From Bdellovibrionales bacterium (lineage in GTDB: Bacteria; Bdellovibrionota; Bdellovibrionia; Bdellovibrionales; UBA1609): 64,000 nucleotides of DNA. Each line of letters begins with the position of its first letter. The first letter of the stretch is position 1. The stretch is from positions 960,001 through 1,024,000 of the forward strand of contig OZ241329.1 of the NCBI GenBank assembly GCA_965199825.1. The letters run 5' to 3'. Under the pieces are notes generated by a model. That model searched no databases. It was not told where the DNA came from and saw nothing but the letters and a program-made list of their open reading frames with translations. The translations under genes were made by a program, and so were the position numbers. Positions 32,694 to 43,701 of this stretch are shown in pieces.

Positions 32694-34618
32694 GTCGTTT
32701 AGATGCAAAAGTACCTCCGGGCCCAATCGAACAAAAATGGGAAGAACACAAATTTCATTTAAAACTGGTGAACCCAGCTAACAAACGCCGACACACCGTT
32801 TTGGTTGTGGGCACGGGTTTGGCGGGGGCCTCGGCCGCAGCAAGTTTGGCTGAGCTTGGTTACAAGGTGATTACTTTTTGTATTCACGATTCGCCGCGAA
32901 GAGCCCATTCGATTGCGGCACAAGGTGGAATCAATGCGGCCAAAAATTATCCCAACGACGGCGACTCGGTTCACCGTTTATTTTATGACACGATCAAGGG
33001 TGGAGATTTTCGCGCGCGTGAGGCAAACGTATTTCGTTTAGCCCAAATTTCAAATCACATTATCGATCAGTGTGTGGCTCAAGGTGTTCCTTTTGCCAGA
33101 GAGTATGGCGGCTTGTTAGACAATCGCTCCTTTGGTGGAGCGCAAGTTTCGCGGACTTTTTATGCTCGCGGACAAACGGGTCAACAACTTTTGTTGGGTG
33201 CCTATTCTGCAATGATGCGGCAAGTGGCACTGGGACACATCACACTTTTACCTCGTCGTGAAATGCTCGACGTGGTGTTGGTCAATGGTGCGGTTCGTGG
33301 TGTGACTATGCGAAACGTCAACTCGGGCAAGATTGAGCAGTATGCCGGCGACGCAGTTTTGCTTTGCACCGGTGGTTATGGAAACGTTTATTATCTTTCG
33401 ACCAATGCCAAAAAATCGAATGTCACAGCGGCTTGGCGGGCGCATAAGCGTGGGGCTGATTTTGCCAATCCCTGCTTTACCCAAATTCATCCCACGTGCA
33501 TTCCTGTTTCAGGCGATTACCAATCCAAACTGACTTTGATGTCCGAATCTTTGCGAAACGATGGTCGGGTTTGGGTGCCCAAAAAAGAACACGACGAGCG
33601 CCCTCCGGGTGAGATTCCTGATCAAGAGCGCGATTATTATTTGGAACGTGTTTACCCAAGTTATGGAAATTTAGCTCCGCGGGATGTGGCCTCACGTCAG
33701 GCCAAATTTCGTGTGGATGAAAAACGCGGTGTGGGTAAAACCGGTCAAGCGGTCTATCTTGATTTTCGCGATTCGATTAATCGCTTAGGAAAAAACGCAA
33801 TCGAAACCAAGTACGGCAATCTTTTTGAGATGTATCAAAAGATCACCGATGAAAATCCCTATGAGCGACCCATGCGCATTTTTCCAGCGGTGCATTACAC
33901 AATGGGTGGACTCTGGGTCGACTACAATTTGATGAGCACTATCCCAGGTCTTCATGTGTTGGGTGAAGCCAATTTTTCGGATCACGGTGCCAATCGCTTA
34001 GGAGCATCGGCCTTAATGCAAGGTTTGGCTGATGGGTATTTTGTGATTCCATCGACACTCGGAAATTATTTGGCTTCAAATCAGTTCGAAAAAATCGATA
34101 CAACTCATGATGCCTTTAAAGAAAGTCTAAACTCAGTGACGAGCCGTCTTGATCGCATTTTATCGATCAAAGGTTCTGTGACGGTGGATGAGATTCATCG
34201 TAAGCTTGGGCACATCATGTGGGACAAAGTGGGAATGTCGCGCAATGCGAGTGGCCTTCAAAATGCTCAAGACGAAATCGCCAAATTGCGCGATGAGTTT
34301 TGGAACAATGTTCGTGTTCCCGGTGAAGCCAACTATCGTAACGACGAACTCGAAAAAGCTGGGCGCGTCGCCGACTTTTTAGAACTTGGCGAATTGATGG
34401 CGAAAGATGCCCTTGATCGCAATGAATCTTGCGGCGGGCATTTTCGCGAAGAGTATCAAACTCCCGATAACGAAGCCCTTCGAGACGATAAAGATTTTTG
34501 TCATGTCACTGCTTGGCAGTACAAGGGTGCGACCGATGGCGGTAAACAAGTTTGGGATAAAGAAGTCGAGCCTCTACAATTTGAAAATATTCAGCTCGCG
34601 ACACGAAGTTATAAATAA
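32690..34618 (+). CDS. sdhA: Succinate dehydrogenase/fumarate reductase flavoprotein
   Basis: [44 protein letters not shown]. Confidence 0.97.
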   Translation: MSRLDAKVPPGPIEQKWEEHKFHLKLVNPANKRRHTVLVVGTGLAGASAAASLAELGYKVITFCIHDSPRRAHSIAAQGGINAAKNYPNDGDSVHRLFYDTIKGGDFRAREANVFRLAQISNHIIDQCVAQGVPFAREYGGLLDNRSFGGAQVSRTFYARGQTGQQLLLGAYSAMMRQVALGHITLLPRREMLDVVLVNGAVRGVTMRNVNSGKIEQYAGDAVLLCTGGYGNVYYLSTNAKKSNVTAAWRAHKRGADFANPCFTQIHPTCIPVSGDYQSKLTLMSESLRNDGRVWVPKKEHDERPPGEIPDQERDYYLERVYPSYGNLAPRDVASRQAKFRVDEKRGVGKTGQAVYLDFRDSINRLGKNAIETKYGNLFEMYQKITDENPYERPMRIFPAVHYTMGGLWVDYNLMSTIPGLHVLGEANFSDHGANRLGASALMQGLADGYFVIPSTLGNYLASNQFEKIDTTHDAFKESLNSVTSRLDRILSIKGSVTVDEIHRKLGHIMWDKVGMSRNASGLQNAQDEIAKLRDEFWNNVRVPGEANYRNDELEKAGRVADFLELGELMAKDALDRNESCGGHFREEYQTPDNEALRDDKDFCHVTAWQYKGATDGGKQVWDKEVEPLQFENIQLATRSYK

Positions 34619-34630
34619 GAAAGGTCCCAT

Positions 34631-35386
34631 ATGAATCTCATGTTAAAAATTTGGCGACAAAAAAATCCTCAAGATGCGGGTCGGTTTGTTGAGTATGAGG
34701 CCAAGAATGTGACCGGCGACATGTCGTTTTTAGAAATGTTAGATGTGGTCAACACAGGGTTAATCAAAAAAGGTGAAGAGCCCATCACATTTGATCACGA
34801 TTGCCGCGAAGGAATTTGTGGCTCTTGCTCACTCGTCATCGATGGAAATCCGCATGGGCCTGATCGCGGGACAGCGACCTGCCAACTCCATATGCGCCAT
34901 TTTGAAGATGGTGCAGAAATTGTGGTGGAACCTTTTCGTGCGAAAGCATTTCCGGTTATTAAAGATTTATCGGTAGACCGTTCAGCCTTTGACCGCATTG
35001 TCGAAGCTGGGGGTTATATTTCGGTAAATACCGGCAATGCACCTGAAGCCAATTCGATTTCGGTAGAAAAAGATTCTTCGGACCGCGCATTTAGTTATGC
35101 CACTTGTATCGGATGTGGAGCTTGTGTGGCGGCATGCAAAAATGCGTCGGCAAGTCTTTTTACTTCGGCCAAGATTGCTCATTTGAGGCTTTTACCTCAG
35201 GGCCAGGTCGAAAAGAAAACTCGTGTGCTTAATATGGTGGCACAAATGGATAAAGAGGGTTTTGGGGCCTGTACTAATACGGGTGCTTGTTCTGCTGCAT
35301 GCCCGGTGGAGATTAGCTTAGAGGGAATTGCCCAAATGAATCGGGATTATTTCGCTGCGGCTCTCACCAAACGGGGAGATTCCTAA
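34631..35386 (+). CDS. sdhB: Succinate dehydrogenase iron-sulfur subunit
   Basis: [32 protein letters not shown]. Confidence 0.97.
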   Translation: MNLMLKIWRQKNPQDAGRFVEYEAKNVTGDMSFLEMLDVVNTGLIKKGEEPITFDHDCREGICGSCSLVIDGNPHGPDRGTATCQLHMRHFEDGAEIVVEPFRAKAFPVIKDLSVDRSAFDRIVEAGGYISVNTGNAPEANSISVEKDSSDRAFSYATCIGCGACVAACKNASASLFTSAKIAHLRLLPQGQVEKKTRVLNMVAQMDKEGFGACTNTGACSAACPVEISLEGIAQMNRDYFAAALTKRGDS

Positions 35387-35410
35387 ATCTAGTGTTTACG
35401 CTCCGAAACA

Positions 35411-35430
35411 AACCGCCTATTTAGGCGGTT
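35411..35430. terminator. Hairpin between convergent sdhB and hydrolase genes
   Basis: AACCGCCTA-TT-TAGGCGGTT; U-rich tail on the minus strand. Confidence 0.7.
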
Positions 35431-35437
35431 ATGAACA

Positions 35438-36322
35438 TTAATCCACAAAGTTATCCACATCTTTTAGAAATTGGTCGATCCGCAAATTGACAAGCTCCGG
35501 CATATCCAGCTGGGTGCAGTGCGATCCATAAGGCACGAGCAGCCATTCGCTGTTGGGAATGGCTTCGTGCATCTTCTTTTGAATATCACTGGGAGTGACC
35601 GAATCCTTTTTTCCCGCAATTACCAGCGTGGGGATTTTTATGGTTTCAAGCACGTGGCTGCCATCAAAGGTCATCATGTATTCAAACATCCTCAGAAATG
35701 CGCCCAAATTCATATTGGCCACACCTCGTGCATAGATTTCGATATCTTTAAGCGATGTCAGCTTGAGATTAAAACCTCCAGCAAGGGCCGAAAGGTGAAC
35801 AGACAATGGACTTTGCACCGCGACCCGCCAAAAAGTAGAGATGGTCTCGGGCATCATTTCAAAACCATCTTTGAGATATTTAAAGATTTTGCTCGCCATA
35901 TCATTACCAAACATTTTGGCTAAGGGATTTTTGACAAAACCATTTATAAAACTGAGGCTTCGCACTCGGTTTGGGTAAAGCTCGTAAAACCGAATCAAGA
36001 GTTGAACCCCAAAACTATGCCCCACAAAATCAGCCTTTTCGATTTTGAGATGGATCAGCAATTGCTCAATATCTTTCGCACAATCATCTAAAGACATATG
36101 ATTTAGATTCTTAGGCAGATCCGAACGATGATGGGCGCGGTAATCAAAAACAATCACTCGCCGCTTTTTTGAAAAGTGATTGATTTGATGGATCCAATGA
36201 TTGATCACACAACCAATACCATAAACTAAAATGATTGGATCGCCTTCGCCCCGATCCTCAAAATAAATTTTTGTTTGATCAAAACTTTTAAATGTTCCGG
36301 TTCGTTTGCTGATTGCTTTCAT
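35438..36322 (-). CDS. Alpha/beta hydrolase
   Basis: GHSFG nucleophile elbow, GKKDSVTP, GSH. Confidence 0.9.
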   Translation of the reverse strand: MKAISKRTGTFKSFDQTKIYFEDRGEGDPIILVYGIGCVINHWIHQINHFSKKRRVIVFDYRAHHRSDLPKNLNHMSLDDCAKDIEQLLIHLKIEKADFVGHSFGVQLLIRFYELYPNRVRSLSFINGFVKNPLAKMFGNDMASKIFKYLKDGFEMMPETISTFWRVAVQSPLSVHLSALAGGFNLKLTSLKDIEIYARGVANMNLGAFLRMFEYMMTFDGSHVLETIKIPTLVIAGKKDSVTPSDIQKKMHEAIPNSEWLLVPYGSHCTQLDMPELVNLRIDQFLKDVDNFVD

Positions 36323-37029
36323 ATAAAATCCACTTCGATAACAGAATCGACCACGGAGATAAGATCTTTGGGCTTTAAAAGATGTGTTGCTGCCGAGAAG
36401 CCATTCACCTTGACCAAGTCCGAGTGTGAGGTTTTGAGCGTAGCCCCGCGAGGTGTGGGTAAAATCTCAAAACACAGTGCGGGCGCGGTCGGCTCGTACA
36501 ACTGCAAATCGAGCGACTGACTTCCACAATGTCGAGGGCCATAGCCCAATAAAAACGACTGACTAATTTGAAGACCACGCAAAAATGTAAGCTTTAACTG
36601 CGGATCAAAAAGCGCAAGCGACCGAATGTTATTTTTGGCTTCGAGCACAATCAACCCTTCTAAGGTCTCTTCGAGTGGGGTTTTCACTGGTTGCTGAAAA
36701 AGGGGCAAAACCGCAGCGGTGCCAGATCCTGTGACTTTTGTTTGATCATTAGAAATCACCAAAAATTCAAAGCTGCCGATCTGAAAAATTTGATCTTCAC
36801 GAATCAACACCTCAGGAACGCGTCGCCCGTCGAGGCGTAGCCCGTTTTTTGAGCCTTGATCGATGACGACAAGATCGCCATCGCGATCTTCAATGCGCGC
36901 ATGAAGATTTGAGACCCTCACATCATCAAGGATGATATCAGCACCGGCGCGACCGATTTTCATACCTGGAGCAATATCAAAGCGTTGCCCCTGCTGAGGG
37001 CCAGTTTGTGCGACTATAAAAAACTTCAT
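36319..37029 (-). CDS. FHA-domain protein
   Basis: IGR...VSNLHA...DQGSKNG FHA signature; degenerate second FHA-like half. Confidence 0.88.
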   Translation of the reverse strand: MKFFIVAQTGPQQGQRFDIAPGMKIGRAGADIILDDVRVSNLHARIEDRDGDLVVIDQGSKNGLRLDGRRVPEVLIREDQIFQIGSFEFLVISNDQTKVTGSGTAAVLPLFQQPVKTPLEETLEGLIVLEAKNNIRSLALFDPQLKLTFLRGLQISQSFLLGYGPRHCGSQSLDLQLYEPTAPALCFEILPTPRGATLKTSHSDLVKVNGFSAATHLLKPKDLISVVDSVIEVDFI

Positions 37030-37146
37030 AGAGGTTTCCAGTATATCGATCGATAAGCGTCTTGTCGCTGGACCTGCAACGTGTTAAGCCATTTCCCAAC
37101 CTTGCTCCCATTATTGAAATGTGGGGCTCTATCCGGAAGGAGTTTC

Positions 37147-37674
37147 ATGAAAGAATCCACTGCGCATCTGCGCAAGTACGAAGCCATTGTTATTTTGCAT
37201 CCCGACTGCACCGAAGATGAGCAAAAAATTTTCTTCCGCAAAAATCGCGACATTATCAAATCCTTCAAAGGCGAGATCAATCATCTCGACACTTGGGGTA
37301 AACGCCGACTTGCGAACCCCATTCACAAGGTCAATCGGGGCCACTTTTTTCACGCCACGTTTGAAGCTGAAGGCGAAGCGATTGCCGAAATCGAACGCAC
37401 AATGCGCATCAATGATCGTGTTCTACGATTTACTCACACCCGTCTTGATGACCGTGTGAATCTGACCAAGTATGTTGAGTCTTTCAAAAATGCTTTAACT
37501 GAAGGCATTCAGCGCGAAAAAGAGCGCGAGACAAAAATGCAGGCGCGTAAGCAAGCCGCGATGGCTGCTCGTCGTGAGCGCACCGAACGTCATGACCGCG
37601 GTGGACCCGGCGGCGGCGGCGGCGGCGGAAGATTCGACCGTTTTGACGGCGATGACGACGATCAAGAGGTATAA
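37147..37674 (+). CDS. rpsF: 30S ribosomal protein S6 with long C-terminal extension
   Basis: RKYEAIVILHP, WGKRRLANPI, RINDRVLRF; GGAG RBS before ATG 37147. Confidence 0.95.
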   Translation: MKESTAHLRKYEAIVILHPDCTEDEQKIFFRKNRDIIKSFKGEINHLDTWGKRRLANPIHKVNRGHFFHATFEAEGEAIAEIERTMRINDRVLRFTHTRLDDRVNLTKYVESFKNALTEGIQREKERETKMQARKQAAMAARRERTERHDRGGPGGGGGGGRFDRFDGDDDDQEV

Positions 37675-37677
37675 AAG

Positions 37678-38571
37678 TTGACTCAAATGAATGGCAAATG
37701 GTGGTTTAAAGCGAGCGTTCTCACTTTTTGGGCGCTTACATTGACCGCATTGACAGGCTTCTTGGCAGCAGCTCCGCTCAAGGTTTTAAAAACCTGTATG
37801 GGACGTCGGCTCTATTGGTCGATCGGATTTTTGCTTCCGCTGATGATGTATTTTTCGTCAATGAAGGCCTTTGCCGGTTTGTATTTGTTGATGGTTGTGC
37901 TGGTTGGTGTTTTTGCCGATTTCGAAGAGCGCGGTCATAATATTTATTTTTCAAGTGCCTGCTCAGTGATCTTGACCACGCTGCTCGGCCTTGGAGGATT
38001 CGCATTTTGGGCGGGTCAGCAAGGTCGAAATTGGGCAAGCATTTTAAAAACTCAGACCGAAGTTTTGCTCGTTCCAGTCAAACAGGCTTTTGGTTTTGAG
38101 ATTGATGTCAATTCGGTGCTGGCCCAAATCCCCTCGGGCTTTGTGATCATGCTGATACTGGCGCTTGTGGTTGCAGCAGTTTCTGAAAAACGACTGGCCG
38201 GCTTTTTTAATCTCGAACATTCGCCCCCTCATCAAATGGTCAATTTTAGACTGCCATCGATTTGTGTTTGGGCCTTTATCGCCGCTTTGTTTTTTAGCTT
38301 TGCCAAATCTCAGCTGATCCCAACCGCGGTTCAAATGGGTGCAATCAATCTCTTAAATATTTTGGTTGTTCTGTTTTTTTTCCAAGGGCTTGCCGTCTCG
38401 TCGAAAGCGTTCTCGATGCTCCGCCTCAACAGTTTTTGGCAAGTGGTGTTTTTTGCTCTTGCGATCTTTCAACTGTTTTTGTTTGTGAGTATTTTGGGAC
38501 TTGTAGACTACTGGGCAGATTTTCGTGCGCGAATGTTGGCAAAAACATTTAATAAAAAAGAAAAAATTTAA
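37678..38571 (+). CDS. DUF2232/YybS-like membrane protein
   Basis: Multi-TM, FFQGLAV and LGLVDYWADFR motifs; typical position before rplI. Confidence 0.85.
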   Translation: MTQMNGKWWFKASVLTFWALTLTALTGFLAAAPLKVLKTCMGRRLYWSIGFLLPLMMYFSSMKAFAGLYLLMVVLVGVFADFEERGHNIYFSSACSVILTTLLGLGGFAFWAGQQGRNWASILKTQTEVLLVPVKQAFGFEIDVNSVLAQIPSGFVIMLILALVVAAVSEKRLAGFFNLEHSPPHQMVNFRLPSICVWAFIAALFFSFAKSQLIPTAVQMGAINLLNILVVLFFFQGLAVSSKAFSMLRLNSFWQVVFFALAIFQLFLFVSILGLVDYWADFRARMLAKTFNKKEKI

Positions 38572-38586
38572 ACTTGTGAGGATGAA

Positions 38587-39030
38587 ATGAAAGTTATTTT
38601 ACAAAAAGACGTCAAGGATCTGGGCAAAGTTGGAGATCTTGTGAATGTTGCCAATGGATTTGCCCGAAACTTTTTATTTCCGCGTCGTCTTGCCGTAGAA
38701 GCCACAGAAAAAAGAATGGGCGAGTACGAACATCTTAAACGCATTGCCGATGTAAAACGTAAAAAAGCAGTCACCGAACGCAAAGGTGTAATCGAAAAAT
38801 TAAAAGGGATTAGCTTAATCTTTAAAAAAGATGCGGGCGAGACCGAAAAACTTTTTGGGACTGTAACGACCGCCGACATTTCAAAAGAATTCGAAAAACA
38901 AGGCTACAATATTGATCGCCGAGATATTCACCTCGAAGATCATATTCGAATCTTGGGTCAACACAAAGCGACCGTCAAATTAGGCGATGGGCTCGAGACC
39001 GAAGTGACGGTTATTGTTGAGCGACCATAA
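38587..39030 (+). CDS. rplI: 50S ribosomal protein L9
   Basis: [39 protein letters not shown]. Confidence 0.98.
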   Translation: MKVILQKDVKDLGKVGDLVNVANGFARNFLFPRRLAVEATEKRMGEYEHLKRIADVKRKKAVTERKGVIEKLKGISLIFKKDAGETEKLFGTVTTADISKEFEKQGYNIDRRDIHLEDHIRILGQHKATVKLGDGLETEVTVIVERP

Positions 39031-39225
39031 TCAGTTTGTGTATTTAGCTTCCATCAAAACATCTTGAAGATATTCGGCAAGGATCGTGCGAAGTTCTGCG
39101 AGCGTCAGCTCCGGAAGTGCGCGACCTTGGCGTTCAGCAAGCCGTTCCAGCTCACTCAGTAAAGCTTCTTTAGGAAGACCTGTCGCAACTATTAGGGTGT
39201 CTATTAATCCATTTCCTGTGGTCAT
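39031..39225 (-). CDS. Small hypothetical helical protein
   Basis: ORF LIDTLIVATGLP...LTLAELRTILAEYLQDVL filling the gap after dnaB; start estimated at 39225. Confidence 0.65.
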   Translation of the reverse strand: MTTGNGLIDTLIVATGLPKEALLSELERLAERQGRALPELTLAELRTILAEYLQDVLMEAKYTN

Positions 39226-39282
39226 AAAATCATTTGACCAACGGATTTGATCAAATCTCAAGGCCCGAAAATGAACTCTAGT

Positions 39283-40695
39283 CTAAGAGCCAGGTGCAAA
39301 GTTTTTTGGCCGATTGCCATTGTTCCCTGCTCGCGATTGTGGCGGCGGAATACTCGGCATTGGTGCAGCCGGACCAACGATTAAGTTTTCAAATAGACCG
39401 TACTCAGGCACCCATCGCAATCGCACGGTGTCGGTAGGTCCATTTCTCTGTTTGCCCACAATAACTTCGGCAAGACCTTTGATCTCGGGATTGTCTCGAT
39501 CATAATAATCTTCGCGAAAAAGCATCATGATCACATCGGCATCTTGTTCGATCGATCCCGATTCACGAAGATCAGAAAGCATGGGTCGTCGATCCGATCG
39601 GCCCTCAACTCCGCGGTTGAGCTGTGCAAGTGCAATCACAGGAACTTGCAATTCCTTTGCTATACTTTTTAACAGTTTTGAAATTTCAGAGACCTCGCGC
39701 TCACGGCTTTCGACCCTTTGTTTCAAAGACATCAACTGAAGGTAATCGACAATAATTAAATCAAGACCCACGCGCGATTTCATTCGGCGGGTTTTTGCGC
39801 GGATATCAAATGGCGAAATGCCAGAGCTATCGTCGATAAATAAATCGGTTTCGCTTAATGAAGCCGCCATGTTGATCAGTTTTGGCCAAGCTTGATCATC
39901 AATTTGGCCAAGGCGCAAATCAGACATTCGCACTTTAGCTGCACTTGATAACATCCTGATCATCACCTGCTCTTTACCCATCTCCACAGAAAAGTAGGCC
40001 ACCTTTTTTTTCTCTCTTAAAGCGGCGTGAAGGGCGATGTTCAGACTGAATGCGGTTTTACCCATCGACGGCCGAGCCGCAATGATGATCAATTCACCGG
40101 GTTGAAATCCGGCGGTGACTTCGTCGAGCTCATTAAATCCGCTCGGCACACCGGTCACCGTTAATTTTTGGGCGTAGAGGGCTTCAAGCTTTTCGAGTGA
40201 GCCCTTGACCAAATCACTGGCCCCGATAAGACCTTGGGTGGTTTTTTTTTGTGCGACCTGAAAAATTTCGGCTTCGACAAAATCGAAAAAGCCTTCGATG
40301 TCTTCAAAGGCGCTGTCATAACTTTTATCTATAAAACCTTGGCTAATTTGAATCAGTTTTCTTAAGAGCGATTTTTCTTGGACGATTTTTGCGTAGGTGA
40401 CGATGTTTGCGGTGGATGGGGTTTGATCCATCATCTCGGCAAGTGCGGTGGCGCCACCGATTTCGTCGAGCTCGTTTCGCGCCATCAAAAAATTTGAGAT
40501 CGTAATTAGATCGGTGGGCTGATTGCGTTTTTGCAATTCACGAATGCACGCGAAAATAATTCGATGTGACGGCTTATAAAAATCCTCTTCGGTGATGATG
40601 TCGGCAACTTCATCCCACGCTTGTTGCTCAAGCATAAGACCGCCAACCACAGACTTTTCAGCCTCGATATTTTGGGGGGGGACTCGAAAGTCCAT
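39283..40695 (-). CDS. dnaB: Replicative DNA helicase
   Basis: PPQNIEAEKSV, AARPSMGKT, VDYLQLM, LSDLRESGSIEQDAD, KQRNGPT. Confidence 0.98.
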   Translation of the reverse strand: MDFRVPPQNIEAEKSVVGGLMLEQQAWDEVADIITEEDFYKPSHRIIFACIRELQKRNQPTDLITISNFLMARNELDEIGGATALAEMMDQTPSTANIVTYAKIVQEKSLLRKLIQISQGFIDKSYDSAFEDIEGFFDFVEAEIFQVAQKKTTQGLIGASDLVKGSLEKLEALYAQKLTVTGVPSGFNELDEVTAGFQPGELIIIAARPSMGKTAFSLNIALHAALREKKKVAYFSVEMGKEQVMIRMLSSAAKVRMSDLRLGQIDDQAWPKLINMAASLSETDLFIDDSSGISPFDIRAKTRRMKSRVGLDLIIVDYLQLMSLKQRVESREREVSEISKLLKSIAKELQVPVIALAQLNRGVEGRSDRRPMLSDLRESGSIEQDADVIMMLFREDYYDRDNPEIKGLAEVIVGKQRNGPTDTVRLRWVPEYGLFENLIVGPAAPMPSIPPPQSRAGNNGNRPKNFAPGS

Positions 40696-40715
40696 AGAAC
40701 TCCTAAAACGAAACT

Positions 40716-41000
40716 TTAAGTTCTAATTCTGATCTTATAACTATCAATCTTTTTTTTAAGGGTATTGCGATTGATACCTAGAAGCTTTGCGGTTTTGACT
40801 TGGTTGCCACGGTGTTGGCGAAGGGCAAGTTCGATTAACGGTTTTTCGACCTGCTCAAGTATTAAGCGATGCAATCCGTCGAGTTCCACCTGAGCTTCAT
40901 TTTGTTGTTGAAATAAAACTTCTAATTTGCTCTTGACCAGGTTTTCAAGGCTGACCGTTTGAAGATTCGTAACAAGCAAATTGTCTGGACTCATAACCAT
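40716..41000 (-). CDS. Fis-family HTH protein
   Basis: VEKPLIELAL...GNQVKTAKLLGINRNTLKKK, matching the Fis C-terminal HTH. Confidence 0.88.
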   Translation of the reverse strand: MVMSPDNLLVTNLQTVSLENLVKSKLEVLFQQQNEAQVELDGLHRLILEQVEKPLIELALRQHRGNQVKTAKLLGINRNTLKKKIDSYKIRIRT

Positions 41001-41422
41001 TAAACACCCCTTAACTCTGGGGACCAAATATACTTATGAAGTTGCAATTGCAACCGCGCAAACGAGCCTGATTCAAGAATTTTGCTGGCGAGCCAGTTTT
41101 CGCGGACCACCTTGAAAAGAGGGCGAATAGAGAATCGGAAATTGCCGCAAAGCCGGATGGGTGGCCAAAAACGGCGCAGCCCAATAAAAATCATCTTCTG
41201 AGCAGATGAAGAACTTGTACTCCACATTCTGTTTAATTTTTCAACTGAGGTCGCCACTGGTTTCGAGCGAGACCCTGTATCCTAGATCACACAGTTGGGA
41301 GACCGGCATAGGTTGATTCACCCTGGATACTGAAAGATATTTCGTTAATCTTCAGCATGTTGGTCTTGTACTGAATCAAATCCAGACTATCAAAGCCTTT
41401 GTCCGTCTTCTAAAATTGAACA

Positions 41423-43687
41423 ATGAATCAGCTTTGGAAACGTTTTCGTCGCGATATTATGGGACTCGTGTGGCTTGCAGCAGCTCTTTTTTTGGGGCTT
41501 GCTCTTTCGACATTTCATCCTACCGATCCCTCTTTCAATTCGATTGGCCGATCTCTGCTTGCCAAGAATGCTTGTGGTTATGTCGGATCATTTCTGGCTG
41601 ATATTTTGTATCAGACCTTTGGGTTATCGAGCTGGCTTTTTGTGGTGATCTTTGCTCGGCTCACCGTTTTGTCATTTTGGGGGATGCCAAAAAAACAGGT
41701 ATCGAGTCGCTGGTTTTTACCAACGCTCCTCGCCTTGGTATTGGCAAGTTTGCTTTCGCTTTATTTTCCCCAAACAAAACTTTGGGGTCAGATCGGTGCA
41801 GGCGGAGTGGTGGGACGCTCAATTTCGATGGGTCTTCTTCATGCGCTAAACAGTTTGGGTGTGACCGTTTTTTTATGGACAATGGCTGCAGCCCTCATGG
41901 TTTTTTATACCGAAAAAAGCCCGGAAGAACTTTTGCGCTACCCCTATCTCTTGTTGAAAAAAACTTTGACCGAATTTTTTGTAATCTTAAGAAATTTTAA
42001 ATCAGAACCAGCAATTGTGGCTGCGCCAAAATCAGCTCCACTGCCCGAGCGATATTTTCCGATTCGTGAAGAGCAAAAAGAAGAGCCACCTACAAAGTTA
42101 TCCCAAATGTTTTCGCTCCCCCAAATGGATGTGGTCGAAAAACGCAAAGTTGTTTTAAAAACAAAAGTGAATCAGCGGATCGAAAATTGGGAGCTTCCAA
42201 AAATTGGCTTGCTCGAGGATCCACCTCTCTTGCGCTACAAAATTGACGAGCGCGAGATCAAAGAAAAAGCCAAATTACTTACCGAAAAATTAGGACAATT
42301 TTCTGTAAGAGGTGCTGTTGTTGGAGTGAAGCCGGGACCTGCAGTCACTCTTTTTGAATTTAAGCCCGCAGCGGATGTGAAGATCAGCAAGATCACCGAA
42401 CTTGCCGATGACTTGTCGCTTGCGCTCTCGTCTGAATCTGTGCGGATTATTGCACCCATTCCTGGCCGAGATGTTGTTGGAATTGAAACTTCTAATGCCC
42501 AACGTGAGGGTGTGTTTTTAAAAGATATTTTGGCGATGGATGGATTTTGGGACGATGACTGCAAACTCCCGATGGCCATGGGTCGAAAAGCCGATGGCGA
42601 ACCGCGAGTGATGGACTTAAGAAAGATGCCGCATCTGTTGGTTGCGGGCACAACCGGTTCTGGAAAATCGGTGTTTGTTGTTTCGATGTTGGTGGGTTTG
42701 TTATTTCGTCATTCGCCAAAAACATTACGCCTGATTTTGATTGATCCAAAGCAGGTGGATCTTGCAGCCTTTGGTAAAATTCCTCACTTGTTGATGCCGC
42801 CCATTCGTGAGGCCAAAAAAGCGGTGGGCGCTCTTCGCTACGCGATCCGTGAGATGGAAAAACGCTACCGTTCGATGAGCATCTTTGGGGCTCGTGGGCT
42901 TGAAGGCTATAACGAGTTGATGGTGAAACTTTCGGCTGCTGATAAAGCCAATCACGATAAAATCAATGAATCAAAAACTCCACTTGATGCCTACTACAGC
43001 GAAGAGCTTCCCTATATTGTGATTGTTGTCGAAGAGTTTGGGGATTTAATGGCTGTCGACAAAGTCAATGTTGAGCAGGCTGTGGTGAGGCTTGCCCAAA
43101 TGGCGCGAGCCTGCGGAATTCATTTGGTGTTGGCGATGCAGAGTCCGCGTAAAGATGTGGTCACCGGTTTGATCAAAACAAATATTCCGGGCCGAATTAG
43201 TTTTAAGGTCGCGAGCAAAATGGATTCGAGAATTATTCTTGATGAGTCAGGAGCTGAGCGCCTGTTGGCTCGCGGAGATATGCTGTTTTTAGCTCCTGGA
43301 GTCGCAAAACCAGAACGTCATCACGGGCCTTATCTGACCGAACTCGAAATCTCTAAACTTGTTGAAGTCTGGTGTGCCCAAGGCGAGCCGCAATACGATC
43401 CGCTGGCATTGAGAGCGATCGAAAATTCGGGAGGAGGATATGAGTTGACCTCTTCCGAAGGTGAAGGCGGAGGATCTGAAGACGATGAATTACGCGATGA
43501 TCGCTACGACGAAATTTTGGCTTACGTTGCAAGTTTAAAAGAAGTGAGCGCCTCACTGTTGCAAAGAAAATTTCGTTTAGGTTATCCACGTGCCGCACGA
43601 ATGATCGAACTTTTTGAAACTGATGGCGTCATTGGTCCAGCTAACGGAAGTAAACCCCGTCAGGTTTTAGTGAATGAACTCAAGTGA
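41423..43687 (+). CDS. ftsK: DNA translocase FtsK
   Basis: N-terminal TMs, PHLLVAGTTGSGKS, GAERLLARGDML, gamma domain LQRKFRLGYPRAAR. Confidence 0.97.
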   Translation: MNQLWKRFRRDIMGLVWLAAALFLGLALSTFHPTDPSFNSIGRSLLAKNACGYVGSFLADILYQTFGLSSWLFVVIFARLTVLSFWGMPKKQVSSRWFLPTLLALVLASLLSLYFPQTKLWGQIGAGGVVGRSISMGLLHALNSLGVTVFLWTMAAALMVFYTEKSPEELLRYPYLLLKKTLTEFFVILRNFKSEPAIVAAPKSAPLPERYFPIREEQKEEPPTKLSQMFSLPQMDVVEKRKVVLKTKVNQRIENWELPKIGLLEDPPLLRYKIDEREIKEKAKLLTEKLGQFSVRGAVVGVKPGPAVTLFEFKPAADVKISKITELADDLSLALSSESVRIIAPIPGRDVVGIETSNAQREGVFLKDILAMDGFWDDDCKLPMAMGRKADGEPRVMDLRKMPHLLVAGTTGSGKSVFVVSMLVGLLFRHSPKTLRLILIDPKQVDLAAFGKIPHLLMPPIREAKKAVGALRYAIREMEKRYRSMSIFGARGLEGYNELMVKLSAADKANHDKINESKTPLDAYYSEELPYIVIVVEEFGDLMAVDKVNVEQAVVRLAQMARACGIHLVLAMQSPRKDVVTGLIKTNIPGRISFKVASKMDSRIILDESGAERLLARGDMLFLAPGVAKPERHHGPYLTELEISKLVEVWCAQGEPQYDPLALRAIENSGGGYELTSSEGEGGGSEDDELRDDRYDEILAYVASLKEVSASLLQRKFRLGYPRAARMIELFETDGVIGPANGSKPRQVLVNELK

Positions 43688-43701
43688 TATGCTAAACCTT
43701 T

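Noticed and set aside
41130..41310. c-di-GMP-I or cobalamin riboswitch upstream of ftsK
   Set aside because: Only isolated words match (CGCAAAGCC; GCCACTG; GGAGACCGGC); the other conserved elements are missing, so it is kept only as an unclassified candidate
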